This document shows, in pieces, positions 49,281 through 61,800 of a DNA stretch of 64,000 nucleotides. Position numbers and translations under genes: made by a program. Numbering within the stretch: position 1 is the stretch's first letter; each line of letters starts with the position of its first letter. Source of the stretch: Lophium mytilinum (taxonomy: Eukaryota); NCBI GenBank assembly GCA_010093605.1, contig MU004185.1:2253334-2317333 (forward strand), written 5' to 3'. Under the pieces are notes generated by a model. The model was not told the origin of the DNA and did not search any database. It was given only the letters and a program-made list of their open reading frames with translations.

Positions 49281-50038
49281 TGTGTCGTTCAATTGGTCGC
49301 ATCCGGTAGACGTTAACAAAGGTATCGCGCGTCGATGGGGATGAAACAGTACATCAGCAGCTCGCTTCACAAGGTCCGGAGGTGGTCAAGCCCGTCGGAC
49401 GCCCGCGAAAGATTGGCAAAGGCGAGAAGAAGATCGACGGAGATGAAGACGAAGGTGAGGTAGTAAAAGGCTAATCCTCGGCTGATAGCCACGCGCTCGT
49501 TGACTCAACGGAAGTGTGACACGGGCGTAAACAGCGATGGCGGATGTCTCGTCACACTTGAGACGAAACCCCGCTGTAAAAGATGGAGGGCTCGGGTGAA
49601 AGAGGCGAAGAGCCGGCAGGTAGAGAAGGTAACTGTAGTGCTGCGATATGGGACCGTACACGTCGTGTCGCCACTGGCTATGTGGCCAGGTAAGGTAGCG
49701 GATTGGTGAAGTTGATCAGCGGAGGTTCTCGTCTGGGCTCTTGGCCGTGCAGCAAAACATCCGGACAGCTGCGGAGAAGTTGGCTCGAACTATGTATCAA
49801 AAGTTGGAGAAGGAATGAGAGTGATAGTAGACATCTGGATAGTTTTAAGAAGATACGTAGAGCTAATGTAGAATGATAGAAAGTGAAACGTTGAGCTGCT
49901 AATGGGGAGATGAGTTCGCCTCCAGTGGTCTCCAACAAAACCCAGGGATAGTGTGCTTCCGGTTCGTCGATTCATGAGTAGAGAGACCAGATGGACATCC
50001 AGTTCGAGATCTTTGCGCCACTAGTCTGGTTCCGAATC

Positions 50039-51333
50039 CTATTTAGCGCCTTTTTCTGGTGCATTGCCTTCCGTGTCTCCTTCTACCTTCCGCTCCAGAT
50101 GGAGCACCTCTGGAGCCTCCCATTGTGGTAGGTTCTTCTCCGACTTTCTTAGCTTGAACGTTGCGAAATGTCGTCGCAAGTTGTTCGAGAGGAAGTCCAC
50201 GTTTTTCAAACAGCACTCGATATCCTTGTGAAACCTTTCGTTGACGTCGCATCCGATGTGTGTTTCGTAAGACAAAGCCCTACCCGTCGTAAGGTCGGCC
50301 CTAGTGAGGGCCTTCATAACTTCTGTTATGCTAATCTTACTATTGAAATAACCTCGATTGGGAGACATCAGGCAGTCCCGTCTCATGATGATGAGAAGAG
50401 ATCCCAAGGCAATGGAGTCGCAGTCAAAGGCTGAATCTTCAACACCACAAACGCAATTGGCTTTGGGGTATTTCTGGCTAGATAGAGAATCGATGTATCG
50501 GTCGCAGGTGGATTGAATTTTGTAGAAGAGCCTCTCCCGGACGCGCTCTAAATGACCTATCCAGGGAAGTTGAAGATTCAGCATGGCTATCCGAAGACGT
50601 AGACGTAAGGTGGTGTAATTAATCTAGCCCTAGGCTGACATTTTGGATGTATTTGGATGTTGAGAAGGGCATAGTTACCTCGAAGTGCCTCCATCGGTGT
50701 CGACAAGGACAAGGCCTTATAGATACTCCTAGGCATAAGGGTTTGTAGTGACATGTCGTCTAGCCCAGAATAATAGCTAGTTGCATATGCCCCTGCGCAA
50801 GAAACAAAAGCATTCTGATATCCCATGGCCCAAAACACGAAAGGCCAAATCTCGATATTATGAAAGCTGTAGACACGCGGCACATATGGGAGGACCCAAG
50901 CTCGAAGGAATGGCCGGATCAGCTCTACAGTGTCGTACTTGTGGCATAGGAGTACCAGAGTCCATATTTCTATTTGTCGAAGGGTTTCCGGAAGCGTATC
51001 GAATTTGGCATGGGCGATGTTGAAAAGGAGCAAAACTGTTTCGTCCATCTGAGGCAAGTCATTAACCTCATTTATATCGAAATCGCCGACCTGGAGCATT
51101 GGCAAAGACAGCTTCAAATCCAACGGGGAGTCATTGAGCATGGATCTCCACACCCGGCTTGCACGACGAAGGCATGGAGCCGAAACTAGATATGTTGCCT
51201 TCTCTTCGTCCTCAAAGTTATAGAGCGACACACGAAGATCCCCTTCCGGATCCACGATATAGGTCTCCTCTGGTGGTGTATGAAGATGGTGGTCATCGAT
51301 GGTAGATGTATTTGAGCTGTTGTCGTTGTCCAT
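50039..51333 (-). CDS. Fungal BTB/POZ-like protein 2 (2 exons)
   Basis: VDPEGDLRV..YLVSAPCLRRASRVWRSML..LFNIAHAKF..LP..LCHKYDTVELIRPF; exon 2 has CDSIALGSLL..HIGC. Confidence 0.8.
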
Positions 51334-52497
51334 GGCTTTTTCGGCTGTAGCCAAGGTCCGATCCCAGGAGACTTGGAGAGGAAGCAATGGGGTTGAAGAG
51401 TGAACATGTGAGTACCGAGAGAGAAGGCGGAAAAGAGACGATGAATAGATGAATATCTGGACGCCTGGTACCCTTTCCACATTGCTGTGCCGCAGTGGCT
51501 GAGCCTACCGTCGTCATCACGTGTTTCGACACTGCATGAATTTCGAAGCGCCGATAACGTGGCGCTCACAACTCGCTCGTCGCAAGAAGACCGCCGAGGA
51601 TTTAATGATTGGCAGGAGTGTCAGAAACTCGGTGGAAGTCCTCTCGTGGCGTAGTACCAATGAGTCAGTGCGTCGGGAGTCGCTTTACTGGACATAAGGG
51701 AAACTGGCTTGAAACAAGGTCTTCAATGCAGTATGACAACAGTTGCCTTCGAGTGCCTATTTCAAAGACGGAATACGGGACGGAGGCTGATATTGAGAAG
51801 ATGTGAGATTGTTGAAGGAGATAGAAGTGACTATCACAACAAAATGCGAGCTAGCAGTTGAAGAGGCGGCACAGTCAAGAGAGCAGATCCGGATGAATAA
51901 GAGAGGAACCCAGCCTGAGTTTCCAGGTTGGACTTTTTAATATCAAGACTCTGTGCCATAATGGCTACTGCACAAAGTTTCATGATTTCAAGTTTTCACT
52001 GCGCCGTGTACCACCAACCTTCACACACATGGACACCCCTTCCAGCACCGCCTGGTCACACCTTCCGGCTCACTCGCATGTCATCAAGTCGACAGCTCCA
52101 AGAGCTCCAAGATTCATACAATTAGTCCGTTCGCATCGTGTTTTCCATCCAAGGCGCATAGCTTTTCAGTACCTAGAATCCCAGTAAGCAGCAACTGCCC
52201 CAATCAGCATCTGGCATCCTCCATTTCCGTCGCCGGTAAGCCCATGGCCAACAGTTCGGCTTCGGTGAGCTTTCCGACCTTTCCACCAATATATAATTAC
52301 AAACTGAGAAAGGGAAAGTGTCGGTGTTCTTCCATGTAACAACAAAGACAGCGCCAAGACCGGAAAATCAAGGTATCCTACCAAAGATCTCGAGGCGCAT
52401 CTCTGCGGCCTGGCACATAGCAGGGAGGGGGAAGGGGAAAGGGGGACAGGGAAATGGGGGAGGAAGTGCAGAAGGACTCTGTGGGGGCTCCATACAT

Positions 52498-54421
52498 TTA
52501 CCAGGCGTCAACATCGAAGTACTCCTGATATCCGTTTAGCAACTGTCATCTTCTGATAAGGGGAAGCGGCAACTGACCTCTCCGAAGAAAGTAACGACAA
52601 CGGTACGATCTTGAAACTTGCGGCCAGCGAGAGCTTTGAGGGCCGTCTGGGCATATCCACTCTCTGCGTACTTGACGTAGATTTTGCCGACGCCGGGGTT
52701 GGTCCGGGGACCGCTCGGGCGCGGGACCTTAAAGTCAAGGATTGGACCATACTTCTCACACTCCTCGCGGACATCTTCCACGATTTCTAAAAGCTCAAAT
52801 CAGTACCTGTCGATCAATGAGAGCCTTGTGAAGTCATACCTTCGTAGTCTTCGTCATTCATGAGCTCCTCAGCCGTGACCATGTTCAGCAACTGGATGAC
52901 ACGGCCCTGGTCTGACTCGGTCGAAGTTGTACCTGCGAGCAGTGACATGGCGTTAACGCCCATTTCCATGCCAGCGACCTGTTTCACGCCGATACAAGCA
53001 CGTTGGACTTTGAGATGATCATCGCCAAGCTCCATGCCGTTAAGACCTTCAAGAGCAATCTCAGCAACTTGTGGATCAACGTATTCGCAGAAGGCGATGC
53101 CCTACAACACACGGTTAGCAAAACTTCCGCCTCTCGAAAATCACAACTTGCCCTAGATTGATCAGTATGAATCTCCTTGGCCAGGATGAAGGATTTGAGT
53201 TCGCCAAAAGCGACTAGAAGTTCCGAGACCTGCGTGTCCTCCAGATAAGTGGGGATATTCGAGATGCTGATCTTGTCGCCCGAGTCTTTGACGACGTTTG
53301 AGATCACACCTGGCTCCTGGTCTTCCTCGACCTCAGCTGCGGGAACAATGTAGTCTTTCGGCCTCCGGATCTTTAAGCCACTCTGGTCTCCGTTGTGCAT
53401 TCCATTTGATGTCTCCATGTCGTCCTCCATCGTAATTCCGTCCATTGCCAGGGTGAATGTAGCATCCTCGGAACTCTTGAACTCCACAAGCGAGAAGACT
53501 CTATCGTTGGATATGTGGGAGGAAAGGCAAGGGTCGGGGCCGGATACAACGTTCAGGTTGTTGAGCTGGAGATTGAAAAAGTCGACAAGCGACTGGTTGG
53601 TGGCCGAGGCAGGCAGATTCTTCACGATCAATCGCTTGGCCTGGCGGGCGTTGGACGGCTTGAGTGCGGAGGCAGTCGCAGAGCCAGCGGGTTGGTTCAT
53701 GAAGGCCTGAAGACGGCTGGGGTCCATGGGCTGCGTGCGGGGAGCGCCGGGGAGAGGGAACATGCCCGAGAGCTTGGCCTGCTCGGCGGTGACATTGTCG
53801 TAACCGCTTGGCTTGATGTCCCACTGGGTGAGGCGACGCTTGCGCGTGAGGACATTGATGGTGTGGCTCAGATCGGGAGTGGGTTCTCTCTTCTTCGGGG
53901 GCGGCGACGCGCTCTTCTTCCGGTCCCGTCCACCAAAGCCGCCGTCGCGATCGCCGCGGTCTCGTCGTCCACCCCGTCCGCGGTCGCCCCTGTCGTCGAA
54001 AGGATCAGGGCGTCGGGCTCGCGGTTCATCGTCGTCTCTACGGGGGTCTCGGCGCGACGAGGTACGATCGCGGTCCCAAGCTCGCTCTGGGCGTTCGGGG
54101 CGTTCCTCGCGCCTGTCTCTGCCAGCGTACCTATCCTCGCGCTCACGCTCTCTATAGTCGCGGCTAGACGAGTACGAGTCTACTTCATATTCGCGACGGG
54201 AGCTCCTATGAGGAGACCTAGAGCGACGTCGGCTGTCGCGATCTCCACCGCGACGGTCTCCTCCTCGGCGTTCTTCTCTGTCACCGCGGCCGGTCTGGTG
54301 GGAGCGCGAAGACGAGTGGCGTCCACTTTCTGTTGGATATGGTTAGCTACTACCTAGGATGCGGGTTAGTGGGCGCTGTGGGAGAAATTAGTATACCTCG
54401 CGGCCAGGCGTCGCCGTTCAT
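52498..54421 (-). CDS. U2AF2: Splicing factor U2AF large subunit (U2AF65/Mud2/S. pombe Prp2 homolog), multi-exon
   Basis: RS/RD-rich N-terminus, RKRRLTQWDIKP.GY (ULM), MFPLPGAPR, two RRMs and a UHM (LLNMVT.EEL..EEC.KYG..GVGKIYV..LAGRKF.DRTVV). Confidence 0.95.
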
Positions 54422-54742
54422 GTTGACAGTCTTCTACGCGTGCAAGCACCGCAAGTCAGTGCGCAAGAGAATGCTGAGACGGAGCTGTTTGTCGGATAGA
54501 GCGCAGATCTAGCAGAGCGTACAGAGCTTTGCTGAAGCGCGGGTGATGGATGGGGGTCGACCGGTGGTAGTGGTCGAGTCGAGCGAGGTGTTGAGTGAGG
54601 CTCCACGCGGAGGAGAAACGACCTGAGCTTTCTGAAATTTGGAGCCAAGGCGCTAGCGGCGCTACCCCTGTTCAACACCAGAACGCGCATCACCACCTCC
54701 CAGTCCAGCAAACTGCGCCAATCTGTCTCTGTGAAGCCGAGA

Positions 54743-56088
54743 ATGTCTGCGTTACGTGTATCCGAGTGGCAGAAACTGCCCGTCAGCCTGAAGGAGCTCT
54801 GCATCAATACTACGTTGCGCTGCGGCCAATCTTTCCGGTATGTCTTGTCTTTACTTCTACAGTTATCCCAATTAATCCCCAATGCATAGTTGGAGGAAGT
54901 CTGGAGAAGACGAGTGGTCTCTAGCTCTCCACGGACGTATTCTTTCTCTGCGACAAGACTCCCAGCATCTACACTACCGCGCATCCTTCCCCAGCGCCTC
55001 CCTGGCACCCCCTACTCCTCCCGCCTCCACCGTCCCATTTGCTGCCGAATCGGTGAATCAAGACGACGATGACACCCTCGCGCTCGTCAAGCACTACTTC
55101 AACCTCACCCCCAATCTCGCCCAGCTTTACGACCAATGGGCGCTGGCCGATCCGAACTTCAGAAAGAGAGCGCCCAAGTTCACAGGGGTGCGGATACTGC
55201 AGCAAGACGCGTGGGAAGCTCTCATAGGCTTCATATGCAGCAGTAATAACAACATCTCCCGCATCTCCCAGATGGTTCACAACCTCTGTCTGCATTATGG
55301 ACCACTGATCGGCCATATTGGAGAGACTCCCTACCACGACTTTCCTACCCCTATGGCGTTGACTGGACCGAAAGTGGAGCAACATCTACAGAAGTTGGGA
55401 TTTGGATATAGGGCGAAATACATCTACAAGACAGCGGTGATGGTGGAAGAGAAGGGTCTGGACTGGCTCCAGGATCTGTGTAACCCAGAAAACCCTCCTC
55501 TCGGCGTGGATCCTAAGCCCGCGGGCGAACTAGTCGAAGGAGGGCGCGAGGGCTATCGGAGAGCGCATGAAGAACTGTTAGCCTTACATGGAGTTGGGCC
55601 TAAGGTGGCAGACTGTGTTTGCTTGATGGGCCTTGGTTGGTCCGAGTCCGTGCCAGTCGACACTCATGGTAAGCAGCCATCCAATCGTCAGATTGACGAC
55701 TGCTAATGGGCATTCAGTATGGCAAATTGCTCAGCGAGATTACAAGTTCGGTAAAGGCAAGCACAGTAGTCTGACCAAGGCGACCTATGATGCCGTCGCG
55801 AACCGCTTCAGGAGTCTTTGGGGCAAGGAGGCTGGATGGGCGCATTCCGTGTTATTCACAGCTGACCTCAAGACCTTTTCGGAGAGGTTGGTAGCTAAGG
55901 CGGAAGTGAAGGAGGAGGCAGTCGTTAAGACCGAGGTCAATGGCATCAAGCAAGAGGCAGATACGGTACGGATAGAGACGATCACTGAGAAACGGGTGAA
56001 GCGACCGTTCGTGAAAGAGGAACATCAAGTTCTGGAAGTCAAAGAAGAAAAAGTCACTCGAAAGAGGGCGAAGAGGACCAGAAACTAA
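54743..56088 (+). CDS. OGG1: 8-oxoguanine DNA glycosylase/AP lyase (3 exons)
   Basis: ELCINTTLRCGQSFR|W, GVRIL.QD.WE.L..FICSSNNNISRI, LGFGYRAKY, HhH GVGPKVADC, VPVDTH|V and AGWAHSVLF motifs. Confidence 0.96.
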
Positions 56089-56453
56089 TTGCCTTGCATT
56101 CAAATATGTATATTCACCCTGTAAGTATAACGGGTAATGATATTTCGAGTTTTAGAGATTCTTGAGGCATCTTATCGCGATACAGAACATCATTTTAAGA
56201 AACTCTCGTTTCTACTCGATTGCTGTTAATTCCCATCGCGAGCGGCGTGGCGAGTCTTATTATTTAGTCCGTCTGGCCATCTTGGCACTCTCATGACAAT
56301 GAACTTTGGGAGTTCCTTTGTTTCCGTTCCTTTGTCCTATTCTTTCTACCCTCATAGGGAACAATAGCTCTGTACAACACCGTTTTATCAGCAACGCGGA
56401 AACATGAACTAACATTTTCTCACACTTCGTACTGTTGACATTATCTCTATACA

Positions 56454-58286
56454 ATGGCGAACAAACTAATCCCACATGCGCCCCTCGCTGGGCGCGCTTC
56501 GCAGTCTGACCGAACACTATACGACGTCTATCTCGACCGCCAAATCGATCCCCTTAACCACCTCCTCCCCGACCTCCAAAATCATGGCTGCATGGACGTG
56601 CCAGACCTCCCCGAAGACGACCTCGACACTAAAGAAGCAGATCTCCACCCTATCCTCCAATTCTCGAACTTCGACGGTATCACGAAACGGGAATATAGGC
56701 AACTAGCTTCGGCCCTGCAGTTGGCGAATAAGTTTCTCACGGAAGATGCGATGCTCGGGTGGTGGGCGCGTACGAAATTCGGTGTTGCAACAGTTCATAA
56801 GAAGTCTGGGAAAACGTACCTCAGAAAGGGGCCAGAGGAAGCCGATCGCGACTCAGTGTTGCGGGACGTCAAGAAGACGCTCAGGGAGCTCGCGGAGGGT
56901 GCTGACTTCGTTTTCCAGGAGCCGGAGACTTGGTGGCGGGAGAGGGGTGAGGATAACACAGACGGGGAATGTGTGCCTATTCCTATGCGCCCGGATATCC
57001 CCGAAAATATTACGGATGGTGCGCCTAATTCTATTACAACTGGCGCAAATAATGCCCAACATGAATCAATGGGTCTTACAGTCCAATTAAATAAATTCGA
57101 GAAGGAGTTGACCAGCTTCCAGGAGAATTTGAGACAGCATAGGGACGAGTTGGACCGACAGAAGTACGAGTGGGACGACCTGATGGAGCGTTTGGGTAGG
57201 GTGAAGGCCAGGCTAGACAACCTCGGGGACCCTAAGGCAGAGCCCATCACTGAACATAACCCCGGGTCCAAGAGTAACAACACCAACGACGACGACTGGA
57301 TCGACTACTCCTCCACAACTCTCAAATCCAACCACCCCTCCGAGCCCTCCCCTCCCACCACCACTACCACCTCCCCATACGGCCCCAACACCAAATGGCG
57401 CTACGAGATCCAAATCAATCCCCTCTACCGCGCCTACCTCACGAAACTCGCCACCGGCTACGACCCCTCCCCCTCCGCCCTCCAACGCCTCGACTTCTTC
57501 CTCGCCACCCTCCTAACCCACGAACTCGCCCACGCATTCTGGAAACACTGTCGCGGCAACATCACCGAGCCATACCACTCTCTCCACGAACTCGTCTCCG
57601 ACATCCACCCCTCAAAGAAGAACACGAGCATAGGACCGGAGCTCGGCTGGTCGTGGGCGAAGTGGGCGGTAGGGACGCAGGTGGCTCTCCTCCACCACCC
57701 TGGGGATATGTACATACTCGGGAAGTCGATAACGAGCTTCCTGCGTCAAGATCTGCCGACGGGGTATGAGATGGGGATGGTGCATAACCCCGGGTGGGGG
57801 AAGGGGCATGGCGCGAATTGTGATGTGTGTGTGGAGAATTTAGGGAGGTTGCCGCTGCTGACGACGCATAGCTCGGATGGGGGGTTTTCGAGGCGGATTG
57901 CGTGTCCAACGAGAGTGAGGTCCGCGGGGAGGGACGAGCGGTGGGCTGCGAGCCGTGGCTTACCTGGAATGTTGCAACGTCGGAAGTGCAAGCGGGGATC
58001 CTATGCTAAACGCGTGTTTCAGGATCGTAGAGCGAGGGTTATGCCGTGTGAGCGTGATCTTGGACATGAAGATATTTGGGTGTTTGTCACGAGTGAGTGG
58101 GTGGGTAGTTGGTTTTTGGAAGAGACGTGGGAAAGGATACGAGAGGAGGGGAGGAAGAAGTGGCATATGAGACTTCAGGGGCGTGGTATGAGGGTGGGTG
58201 TAGCGTATAGGGAGGTGCTGGGGCTGCCGGGTTGGGAAGTCAGGCCGTGGAAGGGGACAGAAGGGGGGGAAAATGCGAAGGGGTAG
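56454..58286 (+). CDS. Uncharacterised fungal zincin-like (HExxH) protein with coiled-coil insertion
   Basis: 610-aa intronless ORF; LHPIL..AL.LA..FL, FFLATLLTHELAHAF and downstream EP..ELGWSW motifs; no signal peptide. Confidence 0.75.
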   Translation: MANKLIPHAPLAGRASQSDRTLYDVYLDRQIDPLNHLLPDLQNHGCMDVPDLPEDDLDTKEADLHPILQFSNFDGITKREYRQLASALQLANKFLTEDAMLGWWARTKFGVATVHKKSGKTYLRKGPEEADRDSVLRDVKKTLRELAEGADFVFQEPETWWRERGEDNTDGECVPIPMRPDIPENITDGAPNSITTGANNAQHESMGLTVQLNKFEKELTSFQENLRQHRDELDRQKYEWDDLMERLGRVKARLDNLGDPKAEPITEHNPGSKSNNTNDDDWIDYSSTTLKSNHPSEPSPPTTTTTSPYGPNTKWRYEIQINPLYRAYLTKLATGYDPSPSALQRLDFFLATLLTHELAHAFWKHCRGNITEPYHSLHELVSDIHPSKKNTSIGPELGWSWAKWAVGTQVALLHHPGDMYILGKSITSFLRQDLPTGYEMGMVHNPGWGKGHGANCDVCVENLGRLPLLTTHSSDGGFSRRIACPTRVRSAGRDERWAASRGLPGMLQRRKCKRGSYAKRVFQDRRARVMPCERDLGHEDIWVFVTSEWVGSWFLEETWERIREEGRKKWHMRLQGRGMRVGVAYREVLGLPGWEVRPWKGTEGGENAKG

Positions 58287-58885
58287 AGGAGGTCGTGGGG
58301 AAGAAGGAATGGGAGGATGTGCTGGACCCGACGAAGCGACTAGGGACGTCTGAGGAGCAGGAAAAGCGGTTGCAGAGGGTACGGGTATGAGGTCTTGCTT
58401 TGAGCCATGTAGAAATACATGCTGTTAACTGCAGCGGGTGCTGCCGCTTGAGATGTTTCGACGTGCCTCCGCTAATCTGGAGAAACTTGTATGTAGAATC
58501 ATTCTCTCATTACATGTCACACTTTAAGACATCTTCAAAACTCTGTACGATACATACCGTATTTTATCGTTTCGATGTGCTTGTAAAGTCGTCGAATCAC
58601 TCCGAAGAATGGTGATGAAATCACGGAAGCCCTAATACATCTTCAATGCCACATGCGGCAGTATGGAAGTCTTCTAGGACTCATTATGAAGTAGGATCAA
58701 TCAAGTTCGAGCATCGGACCCTCATAACCTTGGTAGAGCTGTGCTATCACGTGACCGAAATCAACGGCCCGAGTATCCTCCGTCGGTACCATCTCGCGAG
58801 GGGAACAGGACTTCCTTCTTCCAACCTCTCTTCTCATCAAAGACTATTCTCTATACTTGCATCATAGCCTACCTGGGACGAAGAT

Positions 58886-61800
58886 ATGGAAGTCGAGGGA
58901 GAGCATAGGCGGCTGTCCGGCCGCAGGAAACGTAAAAGATCGCCCAGCAGGTCTTCCTCATCATCAACAGCCAGCTATGAGGTAGTCGAGCCGAGACGGA
59001 ACATTGAAAAGGGATCCCAAGAGGTCACGATCGACCCAGCTGGTGATCTCTGCGTTACAGTTGACGATGAGATGGGTAATAGTGTCGCTGTGCTTGTTTC
59101 ATCAAGCTGTCTTCGCCGGGTACGCTTACCTTTCTCGCTACAAAAACAATAACCAAGCGGTCGTACATTTCGCGTTGTCAGTATCTTCTCCGCGCATTTC
59201 TCTACTACCGTCTGAAGTCTGGAATCACAGAAATCCAAGTCTGACCGTTCTGTCAGCTCCGAAAACGCGCGAAAATGCTTCAGACGGTCGTTCACAAGTC
59301 TAAATACACAAATGCTAACGCACACCTAGGTGAGCTCAAAATGGAGATCATCGATCGACCCTCTTCAAACAGATCTCCATATGGAGGTGCAAGACTGCAA
59401 TGATGTCATCACTCTCTTCCGCATTGCGCATTCCGATGGGATATTCCGGAGCGAATAGACTTCTCTACGCTATTGCGGTTAATCAGCCTGTGTGTCGATT
59501 ACGACACTGTCGAGCTGATTAGGCCATTTTTATGCAGATGGGTCTGGCCGTGGCACACAAAAGCCCTGGAACTTGGATACGAGGAACTCCTTCTCGTTGC
59601 GTGGGTGTTCGGCTATCGTGATATGCTCGAGGCTGCCATTCGATATCTGGCCGTGACTAGGTCGGATGCAGGAATCAAAAGCCTATTTTCGAGGTCGATC
59701 ATCAAGCTAGAGGGTGTCCGACACATAACGGGTACGTAAACCACACAAATACATCTGTGTAAACCCATACGATGCCGCTTTTGTTGCTTCAGGACACGTT
59801 CGGAGCTCCCAAAGCATCTGGTTTTGTCCTTTGGGGCAAGCAATAGGCTCGCTAGGCCGCCCCAGACAGCTTCGGCCGTGTTCAGAATCTTTGCTGATCG
59901 TAATCTTTAGACAATATCTGCCGCATCCGTTCTGCGATTATGACAAACATCATCAGTAGCTGTCATAACTTCATACGTTATCGATCTACTGCTGGCATGA
60001 GCCGCTGTAAACACCACGAAAAGCAAACAGCGTGCGACGCGATGGCCGCTGGATGCTTAATGCAAGGGTTGAACGCCTTTGAATTCAGACTATGGCCGTT
60101 ACGCCCAGATCCTGAGACCCTTCAAATCAGCGTCCACGATCTTATACTCAAGCTCGGCGAGGTGACCTTGCTTACTCATCCTAATCACCAAAAGTGTGCC
60201 GTCAACGCCGAGTTCCACGAGACCCTAGCTCTATGTCTGAATATCGACAGACACCTTGATGACGAGGATCAAGAATGGCTGGTGTCCGCAATTGAAGTGT
60301 TGCCAAAGCACCACAAGGAGCATTTCGCGTCCTTTGATGCTAAGGTGGCCCTCGAAGATCCGGTAATCTGGCGAAGCAGTGCCGTGGGACGTATGGGCTT
60401 TCTGGAGAAGGACGGGATAGGACTGTTCGTGCAAAGAGATTTGGACGGAGATTTCGGAACTGTTTTTCACTATGATGAGTATTTCCCGGATGACAGCGAA
60501 GACGACATCTGGAGTGACCAGGATCCGGATGAGGTACTGCTTTCGGAGCCAACGGAGGAATACTCACAATCGAGCCACGAGAGCGACTATACGTCTGACG
60601 TGGTGGGTGACGAAGAAGACGAGTTTGCAGCTCCGCCACCTAGCTACCACACGGAGAAGGACGAGCAGACGAATTGTATCCGCATTGGTCATGCGACCCC
60701 TGCACTGGATCCGCGCAGGAAGCTCGGACGACCTCCAAAGAAGAAGCATACAGCTGAATTAGGTCGTCCGGCCAAGTCTGTGGGCTTGAGAAGCGTCGAC
60801 GTAGTTCCTGATAGTCCCCACAACTATGCTGCGACTACTCTCTCTACTCCTAGCCTACGGAACTCTACCTCCAACCCCATCCAGGAAAGACCCTATGCTT
60901 TCGACTACGACCGCAACCCCCCACCTTCTGTCATCGATGTCGAGGAAGATCAAATCGCATCTTCCATGTCTCAACCCATCGCTAAATCGTTCGACCTCCC
61001 ATCAAATGATGAACACAAACGCGATATGGCTCAATTCATCAATAGTACAGACCCAACTACTTATAAATACATACGCGGCAACAAGGAATTTGCCTCGCTC
61101 AGCGTATCTCGCCGCGAAGAGCTAGCCCACGGTAATGCGATCAATGGCCGATACGGAGAGGACCAAGTTATACCTTGTGAACATTGTCAAGATGATGAAG
61201 ACGTAAAACTAAGTGGGGTAGGCTGCCGCCGCTATAGACAAGGTCTCTTTACATCTTCTGGACGCGCGTATAGCTCAAAGTGTAATTGGTGTTGGGTCAA
61301 ATCGAAGTTTTGCGGTTACGGAAGAGTCAAACGAGTGAGGCTCAGGCTCACTCGGCCACCTGCGAGCTCTAATATCCTATCCATACACAGTCTCATGCTC
61401 GACTACCGTCGCTTCTTTCAAATGAACGCCCCGGAACAGGATCTTGCACGGGTTTGTGACGACGATGAATTTGATCATCTTTCGGAGGCTCGCCGACAAA
61501 CACTGGCTCATGCGCGTTTGATTAATGACCAGTACGGCGAGGACCAGTCTACCCCCTGCGAAGGGTGCCAGGATGATGATAAAATACCCAGAGACGGCGT
61601 TGGCTGCCGTCGGTATCATACAAGATCTATTGGGGATAAGAACATCAATAAGTGCAACTGGTGCCGAATAAATGAGCGGCAGTGCTGCGTCAAAGAGTAT
61701 GATGAAGATAAAGCGCAGCCTACGTCCACTTCTCCAGATCTCAAGCGTTTTTTCGCCGAGTTGCTCACCCATGCTAGATTTGAGGCTGAGAGTTTACAGC

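Noticed and set aside
53515..55008. ORFs 53515-54357 (+) and 54418-55008 (-)
   Set aside because: Antisense to GC-rich U2AF and OGG1 exons.
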